DNA of 64,000 nt, taken from positions 3,396 to 67,395 of the forward strand of contig JACPNN010000013.1 in NCBI GenBank assembly GCA_016185435.1, given 5' to 3'. The translations under genes and the position numbers were made by a program. This document shows, one piece after another, positions 50,201-58,990 of the stretch. The first letter of the stretch is position 1. Every line of letters starts with the position of its first letter. The notes below the pieces were generated by a model. It was not told the origin of the DNA and ran no database searches. It saw only the letters and a list, made by a program, of their open reading frames with translations. Source of the stretch: Candidatus Aenigmatarchaeota archaeon (GTDB lineage: Archaea; Aenigmatarchaeota; Aenigmatarchaeia; QMZP01).

Positions 50201-51499
50201 CCCCGGGTCAGAGGATGTGCTGTCAGTCAGGACTGTCCTGTACTGGGAATATGTCTGCCCCTGAGACGACAGGGAGAGCATCTTCTGCTCGAACCTGAAT
50301 TTGTCTCCAGAAAGCTGGTTTTTGGAAGACAGGCTTACTCCACCGCTATTCGAAGACTGGAAGGCGAGTTTTCCATTTGACACAGAGTAAGAGCCTGTGC
50401 CGCCAGCATAGGAAAGAAGATTCTGGTTCCATTTGGAAGTGTTAAGGCTTGTCCCCTCAAAATCATCGAAGAAATCGAATGTGGAGTCCCCATTGCTGGC
50501 AGAGGCAGCGGAAGGGTTGCCATAATTGACATATATAGTTTTTGTCCCTGATGGAATTGAAGGAATCTTTACCCAGAACCTGCCGTCAGACTCTGTCCAG
50601 AAATTCAGTTGTGTTGAACTGTCTGAATCAACAAACCTTATGTCGTCATAGTTGGGCTTGGCCTTGGCTTCGTAAAGTGACTGTATTTCAGCTGAGGATA
50701 AAGCCCTGCTGTAAATTCTTACTTCGTCAATCGTGCCGTTGAAATATTCAGAACCGCATCCTGTGGTTCCGGAAGAAAAGTCATAACCAATTGCCAATGA
50801 AGAGCTTGAAGATATTGATTTTCCAGAGGGAGCCGTAGCAGTGCCTATCAGTGTCCCGTCAACATAAAGACGGAGGAGACCATTATCATTGACGCCCGTG
50901 AGATGATGCCATGCATTGTCATTGTACGTGCTGGATGAGGTTACCCTTGCAATTACATTTCCTCCATCGTCAATAATGAAAAAATCAGCTACACCGGCAC
51001 CTCCTGATTTTCCTATTCTCAGGCGATAGCCTGGAGTTCCGCAGGCGCCTTTTGCTATGACATTGCCTATTCCTGTACCACTCGTTTTAAACCATGCCGA
51101 GAGCGTGAAGCTTGTTGTCGACGTTGGGAAGTTAAATGCAGCAATATTGCCTGCATCGGCATAATCATTGACTCCGTCAAAACCGATGGCCTTCCCATGC
51201 TTGCCGTCAGACCATGAAGGATTATTGACAAGAGTTCCTGTATTCCCGTTTCCGCTGCTGTCCATGGCAGTTGTGCCTGAACCCTCATCAAAGTGCCAGG
51301 AGCCTGCCAGACCCGATTCATCATAAACAGGATTCGCAACCATAACCTGGTAGTCTATCAGGTTGGAGCTGCTATTGATGCTGACAGGCTTCTTGTACTG
51401 CCATGACTGGGCAGAAGCCTGCTGCGGGAGAAAAACCAGTAAGAGAAGCAGAAATATGATGCCCGAAGTGATTTTAAAGCTGACCTTTCCTTTTGTCAT
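47282..51499 (-). CDS. Large surface protein: DUF2341 + LamG + PKD/Ig repeats + C-terminal TM
   Basis: Signal peptide; WHFDEGSG...IDEVRIY (LamG); DDIRFVD..FWVKIP..YGNP (DUF2341); YLWNFGD (PKD). Confidence 0.9.
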   Translation of the reverse strand: MTKGKVSFKITSGIIFLLLLLVFLPQQASAQSWQYKKPVSINSSSNLIDYQVMVANPVYDESGLAGSWHFDEGSGTTAMDSSGNGNTGTLVNNPSWSDGKHGKAIGFDGVNDYADAGNIAAFNFPTSTTSFTLSAWFKTSGTGIGNVIAKGACGTPGYRLRIGKSGGAGVADFFIIDDGGNVIARVTSSSTYNDNAWHHLTGVNDNGLLRLYVDGTLIGTATAPSGKSISSSSSLAIGYDFSSGTTGCGSEYFNGTIDEVRIYSRALSSAEIQSLYEAKAKPNYDDIRFVDSDSSTQLNFWTESDGRFWVKIPSIPSGTKTIYVNYGNPSAASASNGDSTFDFFDDFEGTSLNTSKWNQNLLSYAGGTGSYSVSNGKLAFQSSNSGGVSLSSKNQLSGDKFRFEQKMLSLSSQGQTYSQYRTVLTDSTSSDPGANNGIFMSKFDNKIVFTVNSVSTSPAFTFDFSTPKRFLWHISENAKLFIDGSEKASLSNAAPALASKHVRLWVYYYATTDIDWLFVRKYATSEPSVSMGSEQPAANSPPEAAIILISPNPAAQGQAVNFTGSGTDTDGTIAAYEWAINGTAISSESSFIRADISPGYYTVLFRVRDNLGLWSAPTNATLSVGGNSPPIASIDRIFPSVANPNQTVSFSGSGYDFEGIIAAYEWTINGSIASNQSSFVRSDFSPGNYTVLFRVRDDSNSWSPYANSTLLVINNSPPVARISAEPQAASTVLAILFSAAGSYDPDNDSIVSYLWNFGDSITMITIQPTIYHTYAYPGTYTASVMAVDSLGLASANMDSIINVTISSPLVTSSGIISITPSFYSSLSGRWFTNITAFNVSWSANMSDLDAYEVQYRTYNVTIEKPAFPELKGNVSTVLLHDWERWLITRQASAIFGNLEAETVFDGRIYEFRARGISKKGMASSFSFPKGVAVDTGKPGCSIDVGPYTGTNVEVSWSLADGGSGVREGSLEYRNSTSQWSPAAPNSTTGGSVTIPYQGTKEDTLEFRCMATDYAGNKGDYGYASSKVMFLNSSYFRPLPAYINSSHVTSSGVRISFGSMGLGIICFNIKYNVSSGGLVAYDPALWPGLSSGGQTCLTDRKALFRLADGISHGKTYRLMLSATHTGGQEEWPNPGKSADKIRLLEFQADFIRPNLSIGLYNQNGTALSPGVIKGELRGIDIFSGAIDNTSGIMSNRIEAFVDDGGGERRVEKECPASGVMQWSNCSISLNLSLKGQAKAKIDVTDKAENSFSSGWMFFVRHPLANFAERAVQLNLGGKQQTKVLARNLKESNATIYLKLDGYRQAGFSRQRPTDGVEVSGDGSQATAALRLGEEKAVYVDIYSSEPGSYRLDLSAYSVLGDEDSDTMTVIISPPVGFSELTLEWLALIAAVCCVLYFSATHRRAEG

Positions 51500-51698
51500 T
51501 GTTTAATAATATTTGCCTTATTAGTAATATAATCCACTTGAGCCTTATGAGAACCAAAGACAAAACAGCCTTCTACCCTCTTTTTCCAAAAAAGAGGGTA
51601 AGCTATCCAGAAAAAGGGATTACAGAGACCAAAATAGATAATTCCCCTCATTGGCTTTCCATAGTTCCTATTTAATGACCATTTTAATATTGATAGTC

Positions 51699-52196
51699 AT
51701 GAAACTCAGAAACAGAACAGCTTTTTTCGCAGGCAGGTTCCAGCCTTTGCACATGGGCCACATGCATGCCCTCAGAGAGCTGTTTAAGGAGTATCCAAAG
51801 GTTATAATAGCCATAGGCAGCATAAACAGGAGCGGCCCAGATAATCCGTTCACTTTTGGCGAAAGAAAGCAAATGCTTGATGCTGCCCTTAAGAAATACA
51901 AAGGCAGATACCGGATAATTGGCCTCAGGGACAGGGGCTCCAATGAGGAATGGGCCAGCAATGCGATAAAAACGGCCAGGTTCGATGTCGTGGTTACAGG
52001 GAATAGTATAGTAAGGGAATGCTTCTTGCCCTTGAATATCGAGATAAGGGAGCCTGATTTCTTTCATCCTGAAAAGTACAATGGGACAAAAATAAGGGGT
52101 CTTATTTTCAAAGTGGGAAAATGGAGGCATCTGGTGCCGGAAGAGGTATCAGAAATAATCAGAATCAAGCATAAAAGCCTTCCCCTCTCCAAATAA
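51699..52196 (+). CDS. nadM: Nicotinamide-nucleotide adenylyltransferase
   Basis: GRFQPLHMGH, NPFTFGER and NGTKIR. Confidence 0.9.
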   Translation: MKLRNRTAFFAGRFQPLHMGHMHALRELFKEYPKVIIAIGSINRSGPDNPFTFGERKQMLDAALKKYKGRYRIIGLRDRGSNEEWASNAIKTARFDVVVTGNSIVRECFLPLNIEIREPDFFHPEKYNGTKIRGLIFKVGKWRHLVPEEVSEIIRIKHKSLPLSK

Positions 52197-52242
52197 TATG
52201 AGAATGCTGATTCAAAGTGGCTGAATGAGGGATAAAGGAAAT

Positions 52243-55221
52243 ATGGCCGAATACAACCATCTGAAAATCGAAGGTGAAATTCATCAAAAGTGGAAAGCAG
52301 AAAGAGTAGCTGAAAAGATAGTCGATACGGACTGGAAAAGGAAGAAATTCTATCTCCTCGACGGCCCGCCATATGTGAATGGCGTCCCCCATGTCGGCCA
52401 TGCCAAAACCACGGTATTCAAGGACATCTGGGGGAAGTTCAAATTCATGCAGGGCTTCGGGGTATGGTTCCAGCCGGGTTTCGACTGCGGCGGCCTGCCT
52501 ATTGAGAACAAGGTGGAAGAGAAATTGGGCATAAGAAGCAAGACTGAAATTGAGACTAAGGTGGGGGTGGACAGGTTTATAGAGGAATGCAAGTCCTTCG
52601 CCAAAGGGAATGAGCCTGTATGGCTTGATTTTTACAAAAAGATAGGGGCCTGGAGAGGATGGATGGAACCCTATCTGACTTCAGAAAACTATTACCTTGA
52701 ATCAGGCTGGTGGACAGTCAAGCAATGGCATGACAAAGGCCTGTTTTCAGAGGGCCTGAGGCCGGGCTTCTGGTGCCCCCGCTGCGAGACAGTCCTGGCC
52801 GGGATAGAGGTGACTGAGAGCTACAAGAACCTGGAGGACCCCTCCATCTTTGTCAAGTTCCCAATAGAAGACAAAAAAAATAAGGGCAAGGAATTTCTGC
52901 TTGTCTGGACCACTACGCCCTGGACCCTTCCTGCAAATGTTGCAGTTGTCGCCCATCCCGATGAGACATATGTAAAGGCTGATGTGAACGGGGAAAAACT
53001 GATACTGGCTGAAAAGCTGCTCCCTGAAATTGAAAATAAAGGATTTTCATGTAAGATTCTGGAAAAATTTTCAGGCAAAAAACTGGATGGAATCAAATAC
53101 AAGCCTGTACTTGATCTGCCGGTTCAAAAGGAAATATCAGACTCGCCAAAAGCCCATACTGTATTGCTGTCAATCCCTGTCATGAAGAGGAGGGTGGCCA
53201 GCAAGACGCAGGTAAAGAGTGAAATAGGAGAATCGGATGAATTCGGCCACATGGTGACAATGGAGGCTGGGACAGGGCTGGTGCATACTGCCCCTGGTCA
53301 CGGCGATGCGGACAGCAGGGTCGGGAAGCATTATGGGCTTCCAGAACCCTCTCCTGTTGATGAGAAAGGAAGATTTACTGAAGAGGCTGGAGATCTGGCT
53401 GGAATATTTGTGAAAAAAGCGGATCCTCTGATAATTGAAAAGCTAAGAAAAAACAATCTTCTGCTATATTCAGGAAAAATAACCCACTCATATCCCCTGT
53501 GCTGGAGGTGCAAGACGCCTCTGATATACAGGATGAGCAGGCAGTGGTTCCTGAAGATGGATCTGCTGAAGGAAAAGATAATAGACGCCAACAAAAAACT
53601 CAGATGGCTGCCTGAATTCGCAAGGGAGCAGTACAATAACCTGATTTCTGAGGCCCCGGACTGGGCTGTCACGAGGCAGAGATACTGGGGAATCCCTTTG
53701 CCGATATGGAAGTGCGGGAGGTGCAATTCAATGAAAGTAATTGGCTCGAGGGAGGAATTAAGGAAAAATTCAGTTGAAAAAATTCCCGAAAACTTCGACC
53801 TCCACAAGAACCTTGTGGACAGGGTAAAATTGAAGTGCACTAACAAAGGCTGCGAAGGGAAAATGGCCAGGGAGAAGGACATCATGGACGTCTGGTTCGA
53901 CTCGGGAATAGCGCCATGGGCCTCGCTTGGCTATCCTTTCAGGAACAAGGAATTATTCGAAAAGCTGTGGCCTGTAGACCTTGTGAATGAGGGCCAGGAC
54001 CAGGTAAGGGCGTGGTTCAACACCCTGATGGTGTGCGGCTTTGCCACTTTTGGCAGGGAGCCGTACCGGACTGTCTGCCTCAACGGCTGGACCCTGGATG
54101 AGAAAGGGGAGAAGATGAGCAAGAGCCTGGGGAATGTGATACTGGCCGAAGACGCCTGCAGGCAGCTCGGAGCAGACGTCATGAGGCTCTATATCTGCCA
54201 TGATGTGGCCCCATGGGAGACCCAGAAGTTCAGCTTCAGGCAGGCCGGCGATCTGAAGAGATTCATGAATGTATTATGGAACACCTATAATTTTGCGGAG
54301 ACGTATGCTGCAAAGGAAGAGTATGCAGAAAAGGCAGAATTAAAAATAGAGGACAAGTGGATAATTTCAAAAATAAATTCCATAAACAAATCAGCCACAA
54401 ATCATATAGAGAATTTCGAGTTCCATCTGGCCGCGAGGGAGCTGGTAGATTTCCTTCTGAATGACCTCTCAAGGTGGTATATCAAAATTATAAGAGACAG
54501 GCTCGCCCCAACATATTGGAAGGAAGACAAGAAAGCGGCATCCTTTGCCCTGAGATATGTCCTTGAGAGATATTCAGTTTTGCTGTCTGTATTTTCCCCC
54601 TTCATTTCTGATGCAATATATTCAAAACTCAGGGGAAAAGGCAGCGTGCATCTTGAGGAGTGGCCAAAGCCTGAGGAAAGCAGGATAGGAAAGGGCCTCG
54701 AGGATCATATGGAAAAGGCAAAAGTGGTTGTAGAGGCCATAAATGCCGCAAGGTCTGAGAAAAAGGTGAAGCTGAGGTGGCCTGTCGAATATGTAAGGAT
54801 AAAATTCAAGGATAAGGAAGACATCAAATCAATAGATTCTGTAAAGGATGTAATAGCCTTGCTTTCCAATTCCAAATCAATAGAGATGTCGGACAGATTG
54901 AAGGAGCCTTTTGAATTCTCCCTGGGCAAGCTCGAAATAGGCAAAGTCCTGATGGACAAGGCCGTAATAAGGGAGATAATAAGGCACGTGCAGGAGCTGA
55001 GGAAGAAGGCCGGGATGAATGTGCATGAGAAGATTGAGCTTTTCATCAAATCTGACCCTGAATCAGAAAAACTGGCGGAAAAAAACAGGCAGGAACTTCT
55101 TTCAGGGGTGAATGCATCCAAAATAAATATCGGCCAGGTCCCTGAAAAGCACAAAAAGGAAAGGCTTGAGGTGGAGGGGAAGGTTTTTGAGATTGGTTTT
55201 GTCAATACAAATCAAAATTAA
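52243..55221 (+). CDS. ileS: Isoleucine--tRNA ligase
   Basis: DGPPYVNG..HVGH, WTTTPWTLP, GTGLVHTAPGHG, RQRYWG and KMSKS. Confidence 0.97.
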   Translation: MAEYNHLKIEGEIHQKWKAERVAEKIVDTDWKRKKFYLLDGPPYVNGVPHVGHAKTTVFKDIWGKFKFMQGFGVWFQPGFDCGGLPIENKVEEKLGIRSKTEIETKVGVDRFIEECKSFAKGNEPVWLDFYKKIGAWRGWMEPYLTSENYYLESGWWTVKQWHDKGLFSEGLRPGFWCPRCETVLAGIEVTESYKNLEDPSIFVKFPIEDKKNKGKEFLLVWTTTPWTLPANVAVVAHPDETYVKADVNGEKLILAEKLLPEIENKGFSCKILEKFSGKKLDGIKYKPVLDLPVQKEISDSPKAHTVLLSIPVMKRRVASKTQVKSEIGESDEFGHMVTMEAGTGLVHTAPGHGDADSRVGKHYGLPEPSPVDEKGRFTEEAGDLAGIFVKKADPLIIEKLRKNNLLLYSGKITHSYPLCWRCKTPLIYRMSRQWFLKMDLLKEKIIDANKKLRWLPEFAREQYNNLISEAPDWAVTRQRYWGIPLPIWKCGRCNSMKVIGSREELRKNSVEKIPENFDLHKNLVDRVKLKCTNKGCEGKMAREKDIMDVWFDSGIAPWASLGYPFRNKELFEKLWPVDLVNEGQDQVRAWFNTLMVCGFATFGREPYRTVCLNGWTLDEKGEKMSKSLGNVILAEDACRQLGADVMRLYICHDVAPWETQKFSFRQAGDLKRFMNVLWNTYNFAETYAAKEEYAEKAELKIEDKWIISKINSINKSATNHIENFEFHLAARELVDFLLNDLSRWYIKIIRDRLAPTYWKEDKKAASFALRYVLERYSVLLSVFSPFISDAIYSKLRGKGSVHLEEWPKPEESRIGKGLEDHMEKAKVVVEAINAARSEKKVKLRWPVEYVRIKFKDKEDIKSIDSVKDVIALLSNSKSIEMSDRLKEPFEFSLGKLEIGKVLMDKAVIREIIRHVQELRKKAGMNVHEKIELFIKSDPESEKLAEKNRQELLSGVNASKINIGQVPEKHKKERLEVEGKVFEIGFVNTNQN

Positions 55222-55286
55222 TGTTCACTCCGCTATCGCCGACAAGGTTACAAATATATAGCTTACAGTTAAGTTATAAAATTATT

Positions 55287-55745
55287 ATGCAAGACAAAAA
55301 AAGCGGATGGGATACACTGCCTATTGCAATAAGAACTGTGATTATAATATTTGTTGCCAAAGCTCTTCTCGGCGTTTTTGCAATAATGGTTTTGTCAGCT
55401 TCAATGCCAAGTGTTACCCTTGGGACTACATCTGGCCAGGAAATGAAGCCCCTTTCATCCTTCGATTATGTGGGAAGTGCCGTGGCATCTTCAGTTTTTT
55501 ATGCGCTTATAGCTCTCTATTTCATAGAACCTCTCCTTTATTTAGGTGCGGCGATACTCTTACAGTCAATGACCAGAATTAGCTTCTATCTGGCCGCATT
55601 CTTATCTTTATTGTCACTGCTTAGCATACCATTGGGGACAGTTCTTGGGTTGGTATCACTCTATCTGCTGATTTCAAGTATGGAATATTTCGGCTTTAAG
55701 CAGGTTCACAATAAGCCAGTTACTGAAAAACCAGGAAAGGCTTGA
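55287..55745 (+). CDS. Hypothetical membrane protein (cargo between ileS 3'-end repeats)
   Basis: About 4 TM helices with SIPLGTVLG; stop codon lies inside the distal repeat. Confidence 0.7.
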   Translation: MQDKKSGWDTLPIAIRTVIIIFVAKALLGVFAIMVLSASMPSVTLGTTSGQEMKPLSSFDYVGSAVASSVFYALIALYFIEPLLYLGAAILLQSMTRISFYLAAFLSLLSLLSIPLGTVLGLVSLYLLISSMEYFGFKQVHNKPVTEKPGKA

Positions 55746-55791
55746 GGTGGAGGGGAAGGTTTTCGAGATAGGATTTGATAAAACAGATTAA
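55733..55791 (+). repeat. Duplicated 3' end of ileS (31 bp identical to 55157-55187, then diverged, with its own stop)
   Basis: Encodes ERLEVEGKVFEIGFDKTD* versus ERLEVEGKVFEIGFVNTNQN* in the gene. Confidence 0.92.
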
Positions 55792-55862
55792 TGCCTATTG
55801 AGAGGCTGCACTGCATTACAGCCTGAAAAAGGTATAAATATCTTAGTTTTGATAGATATGCT

Positions 55863-56429
55863 ATGGGAGTTGGTTCAACTATCTCACGAATGCTAAAAAG
55901 AGCGATAGGATTGTACAGGGATGACACGTCTCCGCAATTAGATGCTCCGCAAAGTAAAGGCACCCCTATCACCCCATATCAGATTCCCTTGGGAGATGCA
56001 GCAACATATGCGTGTTTGAAGGAGCGTGAATCCCCTTCAGAAAGCGACTACGGCCTCTTTGTAGAAGTTGCTGCACAGAGTAACCCTTTTCTTCCCCATT
56101 TGCTGTGGACAGCAACGAAAAATGCCGAGGTCTATTTCCTAAAAAGAGGTGTCTGGAAGACACCGGAAGACAGAATGTATAGGGAACAATCTGTGCGTGC
56201 ACAGCTGACAAGAATCTGGAGAGATCCCCAGAAGCAGGAAGATTCGAATGTATTCTATGTTGAAGTTGGGGGTTTTTGCTCAGGCAGACTGGAATTACGC
56301 AAGATGCTGGAAGGTCAGCTTGACGATGAAACTGCCATACTGAAGACGAGCTACCCGCACGATGCAGAAAGAATTGACAGGGCCAGAAGACAAATAGGAA
56401 TAGTTGTACCGATGACACAGGGTGGATAA
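55863..56429 (+). CDS. Hypothetical protein
   Basis: 188-aa ORF with TATAAATA upstream. Confidence 0.6.
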   Translation: MGVGSTISRMLKRAIGLYRDDTSPQLDAPQSKGTPITPYQIPLGDAATYACLKERESPSESDYGLFVEVAAQSNPFLPHLLWTATKNAEVYFLKRGVWKTPEDRMYREQSVRAQLTRIWRDPQKQEDSNVFYVEVGGFCSGRLELRKMLEGQLDDETAILKTSYPHDAERIDRARRQIGIVVPMTQGG

Positions 56430-56436
56430 GCGAAAT

Positions 56437-56544
56437 TCATTCCACTCTCCACTTCTCCACCTCGAACGCCTCTGTGCTGCCGCACTTGGGGCACTTCTTG
56501 CCTTCCCTGAACATGTTGTCGCAGGAATCGCAGAACATCGCCAT
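56437..56544 (-). CDS. 35-aa zinc-ribbon microprotein
   Basis: MAMFCDSCDNMFREGKKCPKCGSTEAFEVEKWRVE with a GGAGGTGA SD; below the ORF track cutoff. Confidence 0.75.
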   Translation of the reverse strand: MAMFCDSCDNMFREGKKCPKCGSTEAFEVEKWRVE

Positions 56545-56713
56545 GAGGGTCACCTCCATCTTATTTAATGGGGATGCTGTTGGCTATATTATTTATGCCT
56601 TGAAAATGCTTTTCAAATCCCTTAAATTAGATACTCTGTTTTGTAGATTTTTTGGCTAAATAAGTTTAAATATATGTTTAAACAAATATAAAACAAAGCT
56701 GGGGGGATGAATT

Positions 56714-56965
56714 ATGGCGGTCAAAACAATAACCATTACAAAGGATGCATATAATGTCCTCAGGGGGATGAAGATGGAAAAGGAAAGTTTCAGCGATGTT
56801 ATCAATAGGATAGCTTTGGAGAAAAAGTCTGTAAAGGATTTCCTGGGGATACTGAAAGATATCGATGCTGAAGCCCTTCAGAAGCGGGCCAGGGAGATCA
56901 GGAAATCTGTATCCGGCTCATTTGAGAGGAGACATGATCGTCTTAGACACATCAGCCGTCATTGA
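56714..56965 (+). CDS. vapB: VapB-like antitoxin
   Basis: KTITITKDAYNVL...ESFSDVI. Confidence 0.85.
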   Translation: MAVKTITITKDAYNVLRGMKMEKESFSDVINRIALEKKSVKDFLGILKDIDAEALQKRAREIRKSVSGSFERRHDRLRHISRH

Positions 56966-57305
56966 GGTTCTGAAAGGCAGCCAAAAGGGTGAGAAAATAG
57001 CTGATCTGATAGGTGCAGATGAAACAGCAGTAACAGCTTTTAGTGTCTATGAGATGCTGGTTGGGGCCAAGAGCAATGAAATCCCGAAAATCGAGGCATT
57101 CTTCAATTCTGTCAGAATCCTGAGCTTCAATCACATAGCAGCCCTTGAAAGCGCCAGGCTGGAAATGGAGCTGAAAGCCAAGGGCAGGATGATAGAAAAG
57201 GTTGACATCTTCATATCATCCATATGTATAGCAAGCAATTCAAGGCTCATAACACTGGATAATGATTTCAGGGAAATAGAAAATCTGGAAGTAGAAATAG
57301 TGTAA
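56934..57305 (+). CDS. vapC: VapC PIN-domain toxin
   Basis: IVLDTS, VYE, DIFISS and LITLDNDF. Confidence 0.92.
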   Translation: MIVLDTSAVIEVLKGSQKGEKIADLIGADETAVTAFSVYEMLVGAKSNEIPKIEAFFNSVRILSFNHIAALESARLEMELKAKGRMIEKVDIFISSICIASNSRLITLDNDFREIENLEVEIV

Positions 57306-57315
57306 GAGACGTATA

Positions 57316-58227
57316 TCACTGCTTCTTTTCCTTATCCATCTCTCCCAGCCACTTTGTCACAATATCCGCCACCTCTTTACCGAAGCCGTTGAAGTTGTGG
57401 CCGGCATTGACTATCACTCCCACCCTCGCCTGCCTTGTCTTCTTCTTGAATATCTTTCCCGCTTCCATCACAGAGGGCAGGATGAAGCTGTCTTTGCTCC
57501 CGAACAGGACAAGCATGGGCAGCTCAAGCTCGGTAATTTCCCTGAAACCTTCCTCAGGGCTATGATAGGGAAAAGTGTTTCCAGGGCCCTTGGGCGTCAG
57601 GTATCCGAAATAGGCCTGAGCAGACATGGGGCATATCGGGCTCATATCCTCTCCCAGCATCTCCTTTCCCCTGCCTTCCTCTACCATCCTGTAAATCTTT
57701 TCATTGGCCTCGTCAAATTTTTCGCTTAAGGCCGACTTCTGCAGGGCGACATCGTTGCAAGGCGAAAGGAGAATCAGGCCTGCAACTTTAGTGTTCCTCC
57801 TCTGGTGCTGGGAGTAGACAATCTTGTTGGGGCCGAGGCCATGCCCTGCAAGAATGAACTTGTTGAAGCCCCTTGCCTCAAGATAGGAGAGGGCAGCCTC
57901 GATGTCATGTATGCACTCCTCGAACCTTTCATACGCTCCGCCGATGGTGACGGCCTTCTCCTGCTCCCCTGTCCTCTGGATTATGTCGGCAAAGTAGTCG
58001 TGGCCCCTGTTGTTGAAGCTCAGGAAGGCGTATCCAGTCTTCAGGGCAGATTCGGCAATGTAGTTGACAAGCCTGTTCTCATAGAAATTGCCTGCAGTCC
58101 CGTGTACATAGACAACGGCCTTTTCCGTCTTCGCTTCAGGCTCGCATAAAAGGCCCTGCAGCTCCAGCATGTCTGCCGTGAAGAACTTGACTAGTTCGCC
58201 TCTGAGCGCCTGATGGATGGGGTCCAT
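57316..58227 (-). CDS. Alpha/beta hydrolase (DUF1749-like) lacking the nucleophile Ser
   Basis: YVHG, NNRGHD, GHGLG in place of GHSLG, AGHNF. Confidence 0.8.
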   Translation of the reverse strand: MDPIHQALRGELVKFFTADMLELQGLLCEPEAKTEKAVVYVHGTAGNFYENRLVNYIAESALKTGYAFLSFNNRGHDYFADIIQRTGEQEKAVTIGGAYERFEECIHDIEAALSYLEARGFNKFILAGHGLGPNKIVYSQHQRRNTKVAGLILLSPCNDVALQKSALSEKFDEANEKIYRMVEEGRGKEMLGEDMSPICPMSAQAYFGYLTPKGPGNTFPYHSPEEGFREITELELPMLVLFGSKDSFILPSVMEAGKIFKKKTRQARVGVIVNAGHNFNGFGKEVADIVTKWLGEMDKEKKQ

Positions 58228-58287
58228 ATTAAATATTCGGGGGAGAAGAATTTAAAGAAATTTTCTGCCAGCGGAGACGGCCAGTCA

Positions 58288-58410
58288 TCATTTCCTCATC
58301 TGGGGCATGGAAGGAAGCTTCTCATTCCCGCATCTGCACCTGTTTCCTGCGACAAGCCTTCCGCACCTCTCGCATACCCATTTCAGCTGCATACGCAACA
58401 CAGATTTCAT
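58288..58410 (-). CDS. 40-aa Cys-rich microprotein
   Basis: MKSVLRMQLKWVCERCGRLVAGNRCRCGNEK...; ATGA overlap with the upstream ORF. Confidence 0.55.
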   Translation of the reverse strand: MKSVLRMQLKWVCERCGRLVAGNRCRCGNEKLPSMPQMRK

Positions 58411-58586
58411 TGACCGGCCTGTGATTCTCCTGCCGCATTGCCTGAAGCCTCAGGCTGGCCGCCAACAGGATTGCCGCAGGACGGGCAAGCGTCATCATCA
58501 GGCCCGCAGTATTCATCGCATATGAAGCAGTACCTAAGGCCTGTCTCATCCTTTTCTTCCCGCTTCTTCTTCGGCTTTCTCTTCAT
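58407..58586 (-). CDS. 59-aa zinc-ribbon microprotein
   Basis: MKRKPKKKREEKDETGLRYCFICDEYCGPDDDACPSCGNP... Confidence 0.65.
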   Translation of the reverse strand: MKRKPKKKREEKDETGLRYCFICDEYCGPDDDACPSCGNPVGGQPEASGNAAGESQAGQ

Positions 58587-58622
58587 AGCTGTAAATTGAA
58601 ATTGGATGGGTGTTTTAAATCT

Positions 58623-58925
58623 TCAGACGTCCACAAGGATATCCTTCCCTCTCACTTCCACCCTGTAAGTCTCGATTTTCAGTCCGGGAACAGTCCTGCA
58701 TGAGCCTGTCTCGACATCGAACTGCCAGCCGTGGAGGGGGCATGTTATCACATTGTCCTCAAGGCTCCCTTGCCCCAAAGGTCCCTGCTCATGGGCACAT
58801 GCGTTTGTCGTGGCAAATATCTTCCCGCTGACATTGTAAAGTGCTATCTCTTTTCCGCTGACGATTACTGTTCTCGCTTCTCCCGGCTTCAGATTATCCA
58901 GAGTAGCGACCTTTACAAGTGCCAT
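58623..58925 (-). CDS. Rieske [2Fe-2S] ferredoxin
   Basis: CAH...CPLHGWQFD. Confidence 0.93.
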   Translation of the reverse strand: MALVKVATLDNLKPGEARTVIVSGKEIALYNVSGKIFATTNACAHEQGPLGQGSLEDNVITCPLHGWQFDVETGSCRTVPGLKIETYRVEVRGKDILVDV

Positions 58926-58990
58926 AAATCCCCTTGAAATTATGTTCTGATTATTAAAAAGAACGGTTTCCGGCGCTAAGCAGGAATTCG

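Noticed and set aside
56560-57315. 3'-end duplication around vapBC (also checked after fen, pepA, gatC, rnhB and the DHS-like gene)
   Set aside because: No convincing repeat found by eye, so these inserts are not counted in the cassette pattern
58322-58549. 75-aa ORF from the track
   Set aside because: Alternative frames give two Cys-motif microproteins with coupled start/stop, which are more credible
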